In this document: positions 1 through 13,259 of the stretch, one piece after another
Position numbering within the stretch: the first letter of the stretch is position 1
How the letters are laid out: each line of letters begins with the position of its first letter
NCBI RefSeq assembly: GCF_963921235.1
Contig: NC_086108.1
Span: 88,786,001 to 88,850,000, forward strand
Reading direction: 5' to 3'
DNA: 64,000 bases
Source of the DNA: Mobula hypostoma
Lineage: Eukaryota
Translations under genes and position numbers: made by a program
Notes under the pieces: model-generated
What the model was told of the DNA's origin: nothing
Seen by the model: the letters and a program-made list of their open reading frames with translations, nothing else
The model's database searches: none

Positions 1-292
1 TTCTCTGGAGACACAGAATTATTGGGAACTAATTTTATGCATATCCTGAACACAGATAATGAATGGCCAACTAACTGAATTTGCATGCAAGAATTTGGGT
101 GCAGTGTTATCATGCCTTAGACAGTTTTATCATTTTTAAAAAATATACATGAAGTTTCAAGGATAATATATTTTAGTAAGAACCAAATTATAGTTATGTA
201 GGTGAAAATCAAAAAGTTGCAGGTGCTGGAAATGTGAACTCACTTCTGAGCAATGAGTAACTTTCTCTCAACAGCACATGTGGAAGTCTTAC

Positions 293-374
293 CATAATCT
301 AGTGTTTCATGGTGATTTGCAACACACTGATAGAACTCCAGTAAGCTACTCCTGATATGCGTCCTTGAATGGTC
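293..374 (-). CDS. Putative coding exon of an unidentified minus-strand gene (DHSRTHIRSSLLEFYQCVANHHETLDY)
   Basis: Pyrimidine-rich tract then AAG| acceptor (exon starts 374), TATG|GTAAGA donor (exon ends 293). 82 bp, open in phase 0, matching the phase-0 donor of the 657-784 exon. Confidence 0.45.
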
Positions 375-656
375 CTTTGTATTATTATAGAAAGATACAT
401 GAGAGATGAGGTGAGAAAATGTATTAATACATTAATTTAAATGTATTAATTTAACAGTTCTTAACAAGTAACCATTTATACTATCTATCAAGTTCAATGT
501 TGAAGTATTGTTGCCTAAGAACATATTAAAATACGTATTTATTTTTAATTTATGACTAATAATCTCCAAACGCACAGAAAGATGATCTCCCACTCCATGG
601 TAACACAACAAAAAAGAAGTGTTTGCATCAGCTTTTTCTCTTCCCTTTAAGCCCAC

Positions 657-784
657 CTCCTCCATTTCTGAAACATTCGTTCTGCATGTTTTTAGTGGGC
701 TTTCCTCTCTTTTCTCATCGCCAGCCTCCCTAAGACCTGCAGCTTCAACATCTGCATTGCAGGGGGATCTCCCTGGCCACGTAA
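657..784 (-). CDS. Putative exon of the same unidentified gene, ending ATG GAG GAG (possible start MEE)
   Basis: TTTTCAG| acceptor at 785-791 and GAG|GTGGGC donor at 656. Purine-rich, lies inside the 432-806 ORF. GAAATGG is a good Kozak context. Confidence 0.4.
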
Positions 785-1170
785 CTGAAAATGGAGAAGG
801 CTGCACTACTGGACAGTATGGGCTGGAATGGGTTTATTACACAGCCTGGAGCAGGCTGTGAGGCCAGAGAGAATTATTACCCAATTAACCAGGTGTGCGG
901 TGAGAGGAACAGGGTGCTTGACAATGGGCAGAGTAAATATGACAACTGCACATGGACCCAAACTTGTAGCAAACACCAGGAGGGAAGTTGCTTACTGTAA
1001 TGAGATGTTAGAGATTAAAGTTTTCTTAAACTAGTGCAAGCTATCCCTGAGTTAGGAATACCCAATTTAAGGACACCTAAACATAGGAACAAGCTCCGAT
1101 AATACTAAATCCAGTGTTTGTTCCTATGAGCAGAAGTAGTTTTCTCACTCCACTTTTTAGCAAATGTTAC

Positions 1171-1341
1171 ATAGAAACATAGAAACATAGAAAATAGGTG
1201 CAGGAGTAGGCCATTCGGCCCTTCGAGCCTGCACCGCCATTCAGTATGATCATGGCTGATCATCCAACTCAGAACCCTGTACCAGCCTTCCCTCCATACC
1301 CCCTGATCTCTTTAGCCACAAGGGGCATATCTAACTCCCTC
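1171..1341 (-). mobile_element. CR1 LINE 3' terminal fragment (same young family as 48573-51535)
   Basis: (ATAGAAAC)n terminal repeat and near identity to 48573-48743. Confidence 0.9.
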
Positions 1342-2669
1342 ATGTTCTTCTGTTATAAATCTTACGTGCTTTTGATGTTATACATCGGAGGTATGGGTAC
1401 CATACCAAGTAATTTTTGCGTATTTTCCGACTTTCGGATTAAAAATAAACGACTTATGGATGTCTGTAAAAACAGAACCCATTTATTCTCCAAGGACGAT
1501 GTGTATAAGAGACTTAAAATGCTGCACCGTACAACGACCAGCGCCTCCAACTAAATACAAAAGCAGAATACTACAGATGCTGGAAAACTGAAACAAAACA
1601 GAAATACAATGGCATCGATACGTAAAGAAATAAAATTACCATTTAAGGTTCATGACCTTGCATCAGAACTGTTCAATATTCTGTTTTGTTCCAGAATCCT
1701 AGACCTCAAGAGAAATACCAATTGGAATGTACTTATAATTAGGTCATTCAGATGAATAATTGCATTATCAAGCGTCAATATCAATATAAACTTGTCAACA
1801 TTATTTGCTGATCTGTCATCTTATGGGCGGCATTCTTGACATGGCATCTGAAAGGCAGCGATTTAAAAAAACCATTCCTACTCTATAAAAGAATGGTTGA
1901 ATTAGTGGCCCTTTTAAACGTGACCTTGTTTGAATTTTAATATTTTGAATATTTTTGGAGCATGAATGGTCCCTTGAATTCTGGAAATCCGTGTGCCTTC
2001 ATTTCTCTTGGCCCCCAAAGAGACAACGGCATGGGGAAAATAAATGCTTTGGTTAGCACGCAGAAGCACATTATAAATCTGCAGTGGCTACAAGAAGTCA
2101 ATCAGGCATCCTAGGATCCTTCCACAAGTGGTTTGGTAGGCTGTTGTGGAAAGCAGACTGACTTCTGCACCACATCTGTTGGAACAAGGGTGGTATGTGG
2201 GCATCTTCTATAAAACGTGACCCATTTGTAAAATTAAACGCGTTAAGTATTCTTGCGGAAGACCTCGGGTTTTGGAAAGGGTAACGGATCAAGTAGATCA
2301 ATTGTAAGGTCAGAAAGGAGCTCCCATTTACCTCCAGCCACTCATGCAAAGCCTCGCACCATTGTCAACCGGTGGTGGTGGTGGTGGGGGGGGGGGGTGC
2401 GGAAATTCCCCCGATTCTTCAGTTCCTTCAGACTCGGACCTCTCCTTACATCCCTGCTCCCACCCCTTATTCTGCATTAAATCTAAATTCCTTCAAATTA
2501 GCTTTAAAACACGCTAAATGGAAGCGATGCCTTTTTAAAAAAAAGTTAAATGAACTTTTATTTGGTGATTTAGATCACACTTGTACAATCCGTTATACGC
2601 AAAATCCTGAAACTTCAAATCATCTCCAGGGAGATGGCTGACTGAAGGCATCCATTACCCTTTACTTAC

Positions 2670-2826
2670 CCGGTTCACTGCGGACAGCCTCCGGGCGTCA
2701 ACACCTTTAATCCAGCTGCCAACTGTGGACCAGACCGTTTATTAAAGCTGCATGCTAATGTCTGGGCTCCTTCACAGCGACAGCCTCGCACGAGTCAAGG
2801 TTGTATCAACGTATCTCCATGGAAAC
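2670..2826 (-). promoter_or_regulatory. Candidate promoter / non-coding first exon with RFX X-box-like site
   Basis: Locally CpG-rich. Strong donor CCGG|GTAAGT at 2669. GTTTCCATGGAGAT (minus, 2813-2826) resembles the X-box GTTNCCATGGNAAC. Confidence 0.4.
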
Positions 2827-5800
2827 TGCGGAAACGAATTTTTTTTGCGCTGCCTTTAAGTATGGGTGAAGTTACACATGGACTTCTGTGCCCTAAAATT
2901 TTCTCCGAATCAGACCTATGACCGCAGTCTACTTAAAGACACATTTTTTTCTGGTTTTGATCTGCCTGTGATGGTGACGGGAATACCCTCAGAACTGGGT
3001 GCACACTTTAAGCAAAATAGTCTATAGATGAACATGTAAAGGGAAGAGAGTAGGGCTGAATTAACCAGATCTAGAAGATGTTGTCAAGAGCTTGATGGCA
3101 TGAGTGGCCTCATTCTAGGCAATACTGATACAATGCCTGATATTGCCCAGAGATTATATTTTAGAAGAAAGTGAGGGAGAGTTGTCAGTTCTTGTTTAAT
3201 AACATGATGAAGTAAACAAAGTTAAAGAGAACAAGCAGGTTTAGAACCTTCTATTTACAGCATTTTCCCAATTTGTTTAGTGAAAGGACAAAGCCACCAA
3301 CCATTAGAAATATGAATGAGCATTTTCATGTGCCACTATGATATTTCTTCAACCTCTAGACTGCTACATTCAGGACAGATCAATGGCTCAGCAAGTGGAG
3401 ATCATGCCAGCAGCCTTGGCTCTATTCTAACCTGGTGTTGTTTGGCTGGAGTTTGCACTTTGGGTTCTCCATTTTCCTACCACATCCCAACAATGTGCAG
3501 GCTGATAGGTTCACTGCAAATTGCTTCAAGTAGGTTACATGGTCGGCACAACATTGTGGGCTGAAAGGCCTGCAATATGCTGTGGATTTTCTATGTCTTA
3601 TGCTCTGAGTGTACAGTTGAATGGTAGAATGAAAGGAAAATTGAAATGATTATCAGGAAAATAAATGTTATTGGTGCAGGATTAATATAAATGAATGCTT
3701 GATGGACGAAGCAGACCTGATAGATTAAAGGATCGGATTTCTGTACTGTATGAGTAGGCCTATGATTTTCTTTTCATTTTCTTTTATGTTACAGAACATA
3801 GGACATTACAGCACAATACAGGCCCTTTGGTCCATGATGTTGGGCTGACCTTTTACCCTATTCCAAGGTCAATCTAACGTTCACTCCTTTAGAGTTCTCC
3901 ATTCTTTATCATTCATGTGCCTACCTAACAGTTTCTTAAATGTCCATGGTATATGTTCCTCTACCACCATCTCTGCAGGCATGTTCCACCACCCACTATT
4001 TTCTGTGTAAAGATTAAGGAATATCTCAGGAAACTCTATAAATGTATTGAGTAAAAGGGTGGTTAGGGAGAGAGTAAGCCTCCTCGGAGATCCACAGTGT
4101 TGTATATGTCTTCAGCTGCAGGTGGGTGGGATTGTTAATGAATATTTCTCCCTAGTGCTTACTGAGAAGAAAATCAAGATTGCTCAATAAATGAGGGAAA
4201 CGAGTGGAGATGTTGTGGAGAATATTCATATTACCAAGGCTGTTGTGAGGGCAGCAGCTTAGTGGTCCTGGTCGATCTAAACTGGCTATTGGCGAGTAGG
4301 TGCTGCTGAATGGCACTTTAACTAATATTTTCCATCACTTTGCTGATGATTAACCATAGACTGATTGAACCATAATTAACTGGATTGGATGGGTCCTGAT
4401 TTTTGAGAAACTGATGCACTTGAGCAATTTTCCACATTCTTTACTTGACCTTTGTGTTTTAATGGTACTGGAACAAGTCAGATATTTCTGAAGTATAACG
4501 CTTCAGGCTGCAACTGGGCTTTGACATTCCCTAATCTTACATACCTTGAATAGTGCTTCCTTTTCCTTTCTATCTCATGGAGTTGGTTAAAGAACGCCTT
4601 CTGAGTTAATGGTGGTCTTTGAAGGTAGTGGATATGGATAATTCGCTCCACATTTCTGGTTCAACCTGATTTGTGAATATTTCAGCTTCTACCTTCACAC
4701 TCATGTACCAGGTCCTGCCATCACAGAAGATGCAGAGATCCTAGAATAGGTTAAAAGGTCAGCACAACAAAGGTCAGCTGAAGAACATTACTGTAATGTA
4801 ATGTTCTGTGTACTATACCCTTTGGGTAGAAGTCACTTTGTGGACCAAAAATGGAAATCCTGAACTAATTTTCAAGTTCAAGTTTAAATTTAAATATCAT
4901 TCAACCATACATGAACACCCATGATTATAGCCAACGAAACAGTGTTACTTCGGGGCCAAGGTGCAAAACACAGTACCAACAATCATATACAACAGAAGGC
5001 GCATATAGCACATATAACATAGCAAGCACATATAGATAGAATCACATATAAGATATCAGTAAAATACAGTCACTCAAAAAAATGTAGTTCAAAACCCTGA
5101 GTCCATAAATTCTGCAGCGATCTGCAGTTGAACACAAAACAGCTTGTCTTCTGCCAAGCGAACACTGGGGGAAGCACTAACTTCAGCTTGGATACTGCGC
5201 CAAACCGTCTCCAGTGGAGTGCACCAACACTGACACCTCTCTCCTGGGTGGTTGTAAACGGGTGACACTACAGCTTGAGATCTAGTCCTTGCTATGATCG
5301 AGGCCACAAAACTGCCCCGTCGTCTTTCCCTGCTACCCACTAATAAATCAGTGAATCAGGCTTGCATCATTCCATATTAACAATGTCTAGAATCATAAGA
5401 AAAGCGATTAAGGTGATCACTTGCTTTTAAACTGCACACTGTCTTCGCATACCGACCCCTCTGATGCCTCTCCGACGCAGCACGATCGCACCAAGTCTAG
5501 CTCCTTCAGTTTCTCCGCCAATGAGCAACTTGCTGAAGAGGTAGACTTGCAGTATTTTAAGTACTTAATGTCCAGCAGGGTCTTGCAATTGTAAAATGTA
5601 TGTTTAAAAAGGTTGACCCCGTAGAGTCGATGTGTTACCACCGCTTTCAAGGTTAGTTTTATTAGCTGTTTAACATACCTGTTGCCTTGTCTTAAATGTA
5701 TATGTTCAGAAAGCTAAGGCTCGCTACACAGGGCAGATTCTGTACATTTTCAAATTCAGTACTTCCTCCTTGTGTTGATCAAATGACAGTGTGCTGATGC

Positions 5801-7288
5801 ATCAGTTGAGGGAGCTGTGGATGGTAATCAGCCAGAGGTTTCCTTGCTGTACTGAGCTGATTCCCTAAGCGGGTGTTGTGGACCTTTGAAGATTCCCATG
5901 GCTTCTGTGCTGCTCCTTTTTGCTATATTGCTATTGTGCCTTCACCCAAAACATTCATCATAGATCTAAAGTATGCTAATAAATTTGTGGATTTGAATCT
6001 TAACATGTTAATTTAAATCACAATGTGGCAACTAGGACTTTAAATTCAAGTCATTACATGCTTCAGAAATAAAAATGTAATAATAATATTGAATATAAAA
6101 TCACCAGGTTGTTCTACAAATCCTTCTGGTTTACTAATGTCCTTAAGCATCTTCCCTAGCACAGTCTTAATGCAAATCTAGACTCATTTATGTGACCAAC
6201 AGTTAACAGCCATGAGAAATGTCTGACTAAAACTACTCACTGGGGTAATTAAGGGGTGCTAATAAAAGCTGGAATTACAGTGCAGTCTACAAGATGAGAA
6301 TGAACATCAACAACATTCTACTAAATAAAATTGACACAACAGCCAAGGTTTTAAATCTAAACTTTGTTACATTAAAAAAAGTTTCACCCCTCCTAATGCT
6401 TCTTGAAACAACTGTAAACCTTAAATTACTTTGATGGTTAATTCTGTAAATATTATGTTAATTTTCAAAGTACAAACCTGTATTTTGTTGAGTTGTTTAA
6501 ATCATTTAAGTATTTACCATTATATTTGGCATTTACTGGGTTCATACTTCAATATGCATTTTAGATTTCAGCTCCAAATTATTTACTATTCTGATGGGAG
6601 AGTTGCTGGTTTGCAATTTCCACACTGAGCTTGTGACATTTCTTAGCAAAATTACCAGTAAGTCTTTAGGTCATTCGAAATTCTCCGGTGACATTCTAGT
6701 TGTACTTTATTGCCAAATTCATCACAAATCCAAATCAAGAAACCCCCTGAGATCGCCCAACTGTGCAATTTCTCCTCTAATCCTCCATCTGGTGGACTAG
6801 TCCTGGGATCAACAAACATCTTCATTTGAATAGGAGTAGAGAAGAATAAGATAATCAGTTGTTTATTGCACTCAGTATTTTTATTTTTAAGCAGTTTTAA
6901 GTTAATTTATTTTTGTTTTTTAAATTAGCATTGTTCTAAAAATTATTTATGTTCAATGGTTTAAAAGGTTTCCAAATGTCATAGATATTAAAAAGTATTG
7001 AACGTGACATAAATTATTTTAAAACTTATTCTGGCCTCCTCATTTTATGTTTAGTGCTGTTTGCTCCTAGGACATGTGGGCCTGTGTGATTGATTTCCAC
7101 AGTAGAAGATACATTTGGAAGAATGAGGAATGCAGTGAATCTTTTCTGAAACAAATACAAAGCACCTTTCAAAATAGGTTTTTTACCTTTTATTTTCTGA
7201 CCCAAAATTCCCCATGACTCATTATTTATAAAGGTATAAATCTGATTTGGTCAAATTGTACACAGAATGTGAATTAAACTCATCTTTT

Positions 7289-7445
7289 ATCACAAACAAA
7301 AGAAAATGTGCAGATGCTGGAAATCTGAGCAACACACACAAAATGCTGGAGGGTGAAGGGTTTAGGCCCGAAACGTCAAGTGTACTTTTATCCATAGGTG
7401 CTGCCTGGCCTGCTGAGTTCCTCCAGCATTTTCTGTGTGTTGCTC
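7289..7445. mobile_element. Penelope-derived short module in inverted arrangement, partial hammerhead
   Basis: Left arm GCAACACACACAAAATGCTGGAGG pairs imperfectly with right arm CCTCCAGCATTTTCTGTGTGTTGC. Contains GAAGGG-TTTAGG-CCC-GAAACGTC but lacks CTGA. Confidence 0.7.
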
Positions 7446-8089
7446 ATCTTTTATATGAGTTTTTTTTTAAGATGAGTCATAAGGTTATTTTGTTAACAAA
7501 TAATGGATTATGATAGAGAATTTTTTCCATCCTTTGAAACTAGATAATTTCATCTCAATAAGGAAATTGTTTGATTGAGAAAAGGCTAGAAATGCTCAGA
7601 AATTCCTGCGATGAAGTCTTGCGTTCATCTTGATTTGCATGTTGCTGAGAGTCACGCTTACTTCATTAGACTACAGATTCTAAAACACCAACAAGTGGAA
7701 GAAGCTGCCAACTGAAATGATAGATGTAAATACAATTGTAACATTTAAGAAACATTTGGATAGCTATGTAGGCGAGAGCAGTATGGGGGCCTATGCTCCC
7801 TGTGTAGGTAGATGGGACTAGACAGATGACCTGGCCAGTATGGACTAGATGGACTGAGGTGTCTGTTTCTGTACTGTAGTGCTCTATGACTCTATAACAA
7901 CTTCAAGCAGCGCCTAAGTTTCTAGTTATGTAAAATTAAGCCTTCAAGGTGTATGGAAAGAGAATAGGAATTTGGTATTCAGACAGAGAATCGACCATGG
8001 TGGGTCAAAGTGCCAAATGGTTTATTCCTGGTCCAGATTTTAAGTATCAATGATAAGTGCATCTATAATTGTGTGAAAATAAAAGGAAT

Positions 8090-8457
8090 ATTTTATATTC
8101 TGTCTAGGTAGCATCCAACCTGATGGCATGAACTTTGATTTTTCTAACTTCTGGTAATTTTTTTTCCCACTGCCCCCTCCCTCATCTTCATTTCTCCACT
8201 CTGGCCCTCCTCTTATCTCTTCTCTTCCCTTGCCTATCACCTCCCTCTGGTTCCTCTCCTCCTTCCCCTTCTTTCATGATCACTCCCCTCTCCTATTAGA
8301 TTCCTTCTTCTCCAGCCCCTTACCTTTTCCAGCTATCACCTCCCTGCTTTTACTTTATCTTCCCCGCCCCCCCCACCCAGCTGGCCTCACTTATCACCTC
8401 TAGCTTGTCGGCCTTCCCCATCCCTCCCCTTCCTTTCCAGTCCTGATGAAGCATCTC
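8090..8457 (+). mobile_element. Penelope-like element 3' end (GIY-YIG tail, pyrimidine tract, 5' half of hammerhead), continuing at about 12638-12720
   Basis: Encodes FCLGSIQPDGMNFDFSNF, similar to the 32003-32209 ORF end. Stops at CAGTCCTGATGAAGCATCTC and resumes at TTGGCCCGAAATGTC after the CR1 block. Confidence 0.75.
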
Positions 8458-11400
8458 CATAAGACCATAAGATTTAGGAGCAGAATTAGGCCATTCGGCC
8501 CATCGAATTTGCTCTGCCATTTCATTATGGCTGATTCAATTTTTCTCTCAGCCCCAATCTTCTACCTTCTCCCCGTATCCCTACATGCCCTGACCAATCA
8601 AGAATCTATCAACATCTGACTTAAGTATAAATTAAAGAATTGCCCGCCACAGCTGCCTGTGGCAAAGAATTCTGCAGATTCACCACTCTCTGGCTAAAGA
8701 AATCCCTCTTCATCTCCATTCTAAAAAGACACCCCTTTATACCGAGGCTGTGGCCTTTCACCATTCAACAAATTTCATTGAGGTCACCCCTCATTCTTCT
8801 GAATTCCAGTGAATACAGGCCCAGATCCATCAAATGCTTTTCATATGACAAACCAGTCAACCTTGGAATAATTTTCTAAAATCTCCTCTGAAACTTCCCC
8901 AGTTTCAGCACGTTCTATTTATGATAAGGGGCCCAAAACTGCTCACAAATCTCCAAGTGAGCCCTCACCAGTGCTTTATAAAGTCTCAACATCCTTGTTT
9001 TATATTCTAGTCCTTTTGAAATGAATGCTAACATCACATTTGCATTCCTCTCCACAGATTAAACCTGCAAATTATAGACCATAGACCTTAAAACCATAAA
9101 ACATAGGAGAAAAATTAGGCCATCTGGCCCGTTGAGTCTGCTCTGCCATTCAGTCATGGCTAAACGTTTTTTTATATGTCCTCCTCACCCCAGTTCCCGT
9201 CCTTCTTCCCATAACCTTTGATGCCATATCCAATCAAGAACCTATCAATCTCTGCCTTAAATACACCCAACAATCTGGCCTCCACAGCTGCATGTGGCAA
9301 CAAATTCCACAAATTCTCCACCCTTTGGCTAAAGAAATTTCTCCGCATCTCTGTTTTGAAAGGATGCTTCTCTTTCCTGAGGCTGTGCCCTCTTGTCTGA
9401 GACTCTCCCACCATGGGAAACATCCTTTCCGCATCTACTCTTTCTAGCCCTTTCACCATTCAAAAGGTTTCAATGAGATCCCCCCTTATCCTTCTGAATT
9501 CCAGCGAGTACAGACCCAGAGCCATCAAACGTTCCTCGCATGATAACCCTTTCATTCCTGGAATCATCCTTGTGAACCTCCTCTGGACCATCTTCAATGC
9601 CAGCACATCTTTTCTAAGGTAATGGGCCCAAAACTGTTTATTATACGCAAGGTAAGGCCTCACCAGTGCCTTATAAAGCCTCAGCATCATATCCCTGCTC
9701 TTGTATTCTAGACCTCTTGAAATGAATGCCAACATGGCATTTGCCTTCCTCACCACGAACCCAACCTGCAAGTTAACTTTCAGGGTGTTCGGCACCAGGA
9801 CTCCCAAGTCCCTCTGCATCTCCGATTTCTGGATTTTCTCCCTGTTTAGAAAATAGTCCGCACATTTATTTCTACTACCAAAGTGCATGACCATGCATTT
9901 TCCAACATTGTATTTCATTTGCCATTTTCTTGCCCATTCTCCTAATCTGTCGAAGTCCTGCATTCTACCTGTTTCCTCAACACTACCTGCCCTTTCACCA
10001 ATCTTTATATCATCTGCAAACTTGGCAACAAAGCCATCTATTCCATCATCTAAATCATTTATATACAGCATAAAGAGAAGCGGTCCCAACATCGACCCCT
10101 GCAGAACACCACTAGTCACTGACAACCAACCAGAAAAGGATCTTTTTATTCCCACTTGCTGCCTCCTACCAATCAGCCAATGCTCTAACCATGTTAGTAA
10201 CTTTCCTGTAATACCATGGGCTCTTAACTTGGTAAGCATTCTCATGTGTGGCACCTTGTCAAAGGCCTTCTGAAAATCCATATATACAACATCCACTGTA
10301 TCCCTTTTATCTATGCTACTTGTAATTTCCTCAAAGAGTTCCAACAGGTTTGTCAGGCAGGATTTTCCCTCAAGGAAACCATGCTGACTTTGTACTATCT
10401 TGCCCTGTGTCACCAAGTACTCCATCACCTCATCCTTAACAATTGACTGTAACATCTTCCCAACCACTGAGGTCAGGCTACCCATCACTTTTGAACAGGT
10501 CATACCTCCCTTAGAATAGATCCCAATTATCCAAGAACCTGAAGCCCTGCCCCCTGCATCAGCTTCTCAGCCACACATTTATCTGCCGAATTATCCTGAT
10601 TTTACCCTCACTGGTGTGTGGTACAGGCAACAATCCTGAAATTAGTACCCAGGAGGTCCTGCTTCTCAGCTTTCTACCTAGCTCTCTAAATTCTCTTTTC
10701 TGAACCTCATTGCTTTTCCTTCCTATGTCATTGGTACCAATGTGTACCAAGACATCTGGCTGCTCCCCCTCCCTCTCCAAATTTTGTGGACATGACCTGA
10801 GACATCCCTGACTCTGTCACCTGGGAGGCAACGTACCATCTGGGTGTCCTGTTCACGTCCACTGAATCGCCTGTCCGTTCCCCTCACTATCGAGTCCTCT
10901 ATCACTACCACTCCCTTCTTCCCTCTCCTTCCCTTCTGCACTATGGACCCATGTTCAGTGCCTGTAACCCGGTCGCCATGGTATTTCCTTGGGAGGTCAT
11001 CCACCACAAAAGTACCCAAAGCGGTATACTTGTTTTTGAGGGGAATGGCCATAGGGGTGCTCTGCTCTAATGGCCTCTTTCCAGTTCTCCTGACGGTCCC
11101 CCAGCTACTCGCCTCCTGCAACTTCGGGGTGACTACTTCCCTGTAACTTTGACCAATTAAATCCTCGCTCTCCCGTACAAGCCAAAGGTCATCCAGTTGC
11201 TGCTCCAGATCCCTAACACAGTCTTCAAGGAGCTGCAGCCAGATGCATTTCATGCAGATGTAGTTCTCCAGGAGATTCTGGGTCTCCCAGTTCTCCAACA
11301 TCTGGCACGAAGAACACACCACAGCCATTTTAAATGGCAAAGAGAGGAAGGAAAAAAAAACAAAAAGGGAACCTTATCAGATGCTTTACACAGAGCTGAC

Positions 11401-12635
11401 ACCTCATCTGAGCCAAAGCCTGTCGATTCTACTCTTACTGCTGGCCTACTCCCAACAATGGGCAATCCTCTTATCCATTCTGTAATTTTATTTCATTCTT
11501 AGAGCTCTGTTGACATCGCTGATCTTTTGGGAATCCTGTACAAGCACTCCCAAGTCCTTTGCACGCCAGTTTTTTTTTGTATTTTCTCTCCATTTAGAAA
11601 ATAGTCAACAGTTTCATTTCTTCTACCAAAGTGCATGACCCTACACTTCCTGACACTGTATTCCATCTGCCATTTCTTTGCCCGTTCTCATAATCTGTCT
11701 AAATCCTTCTGTAGCCTCTCTACTTTCTCAAAACTACCCGCCCTTCCACCTATCTTCATATCATCTGCAAGCTTTGCAACAAAGCCTTCAATTCCATCAT
11801 CCAAATCACTGACATATAATGGAAAAAGAATCAACTCAAACCCCTGTGGAACACCACTAATCACCGGCAGGCCAGCCAAAAAAGGCTCCCACTCTTTGCC
11901 TCCTGCCAATACACCATTGCTTTACCCTTGCTAGAATATTTCCTGTAATGCTATGGGCTCGTAGCTTGTTAGGCAGCCTCGTGTGGGACCTTGTCAAAGG
12001 TCTTCTGAAGGTCAAAGTACACAACATCAACCAATTCTCCTTTGTCTATTCTGCTTATTTTTTCAAAGAATTCCTACAGATTTGTCAGGCAAGATTTTCC
12101 ATTGAGGAAATCATGCTGACTAGTCTATTTTATCATGTGCTTCCAAATACCCTGAGACCTCATCCTTAATAATCGACTCCAATGTCTTCCCAACCACGGA
12201 GGTCAGACTAACTAGCCTATAGTTTCCTTTCTTCTGCCTCTCTTCCTTCTTGAAGAGTGGAGTGACATTTGTAATTTTCCAGTCTTCCAGAATCATTCCA
12301 GAATCTAGTGCTTCCTGAAAGATTATTACTTATTCATCCACAGCTCTTCAGCCACCTCTTTCAGAACTCTTGGCTTTATTCCATCTGGTCCAGGTGACTT
12401 ATTCACCTTCAGACCTTTCAGTTTTCAAACAGCCTTCTCTCTAGTTATGGTAACTTCACACACTTCATGCCCCTTGACACCTTGAACTTCTACCATACTG
12501 CTAGTGTCTTTTGCAGGGAAGACTGATGTAAAATACTCATTCAGTTCATCCGCTATTTCATTGTGCCCCATTACTAACTCTCCAGCATTGTTTTCCACTG
12601 GTCTGATATCCACACTCGCCTCTCCTTTACACTTC
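8458..12635 (-). mobile_element. Degenerate CR1 LINE (outer; 8458-9073 and about 11521-12635), interrupted by a second CR1
   Basis: 3' end CATAAGACCATAAGA. RT remnants (DLDDGIEGFVAKLADD). The break AAACCTGCAAATT|...CTTTTGGGAATCC is contiguous in the related copy at about 59795-59825. Confidence 0.8.
9074..11520 (-). mobile_element. Internally deleted CR1 LINE: ORF1 (Zn-finger/leucine zipper plus SGNH-esterase-like) joined to the RT half of ORF2
   Basis: ORFs 10723-11340 (CSSC..CMKC, VIEDSIVR, CLPG), 10559-10780 (VHIGTND), 9460-10503 (DFQKAFDKV, YINDLDD, FADD) and 9172-9459. Endonuclease region absent at the junction near 10490. Confidence 0.85.
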
Positions 12636-13212
12636 TCTTCTTGGCCCGAAATGTCAGCAGTTTACTCTATTCCATAGATGCTGCCTGATCTGTTGAATTT
12701 CACCAGAATTTTGTGTGTGGTTTTGCTCAGGAAAAGTATATTGTTGATTCATAATGCAGTTCCAAATGGAAATTGATTGAGTTACAAGAATCTAACTACA
12801 GTAACACAATTTAGAAACTATGAATCCATCATGATTTGGAAAAAAATGTACAGGGCAGATAGTTTGCCAGGAATATTTTATTATTTAAGAACACAGGGAA
12901 CCAAAGTAAAAAGCAGTTCCAAAGATTAACAACAACTTAACATTATTTTTCAATAGCTAATTGAATCAATTATTAGTTTTCTATTAGAATATTGAATACA
13001 TACATACTGTAACAGAGTTATATTTGGGTAAATGATAGCTATAACAAATGCAGTGGATATCACAATTTGAATGCATACATATTGTGAATGAATAGTAGCA
13101 GTACAACTTTGATACATGTTCATTTTAACTTGCCTGTCCTGTATTAAGTTCCAATACCTCCCGTAGTTCCAGGTAGAAGCAATGGCCTTTGTTATGGATG
13201 TATCGCTCCACT

Positions 13213-13259
13213 TTACATCAGCACTTTTTTACCTAGCCTGGCCATTTTAGTTTCTAAGG
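13213..13259 (-). CDS. PALMD: PALMD alternative terminal exon, (A)LETKMARLGKKVLM*
   Basis: TTTCCTCTTCAATCAACAG| acceptor at 13260-13261. Phase 1 matches the internal donor at 21777. Resembles the mammalian PALMD end ALRMRMAKLGKKVI. AATAAA (minus) at 12877-12882. Confidence 0.88.

Noticed and set aside
619..861. Plus-strand 80-aa ORF
   Set aside because: No recognisable motif; better explained as the antisense of the minus-strand candidate exon.
1034..1505. Tigger-like MITE flanking the CR1 fragment at 1171
   Set aside because: Terminal repeats too degenerate to confirm by eye.
5898..5963. Signal-peptide-like mini ORF MASVLLLFAILLLCLHPKHSS
   Set aside because: Stops after 21 codons with no donor before the stop; probably chance.
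1..13000. FRRS1 3' exons, expected from mammalian synteny
   Set aside because: No matching peptide was found by eye.
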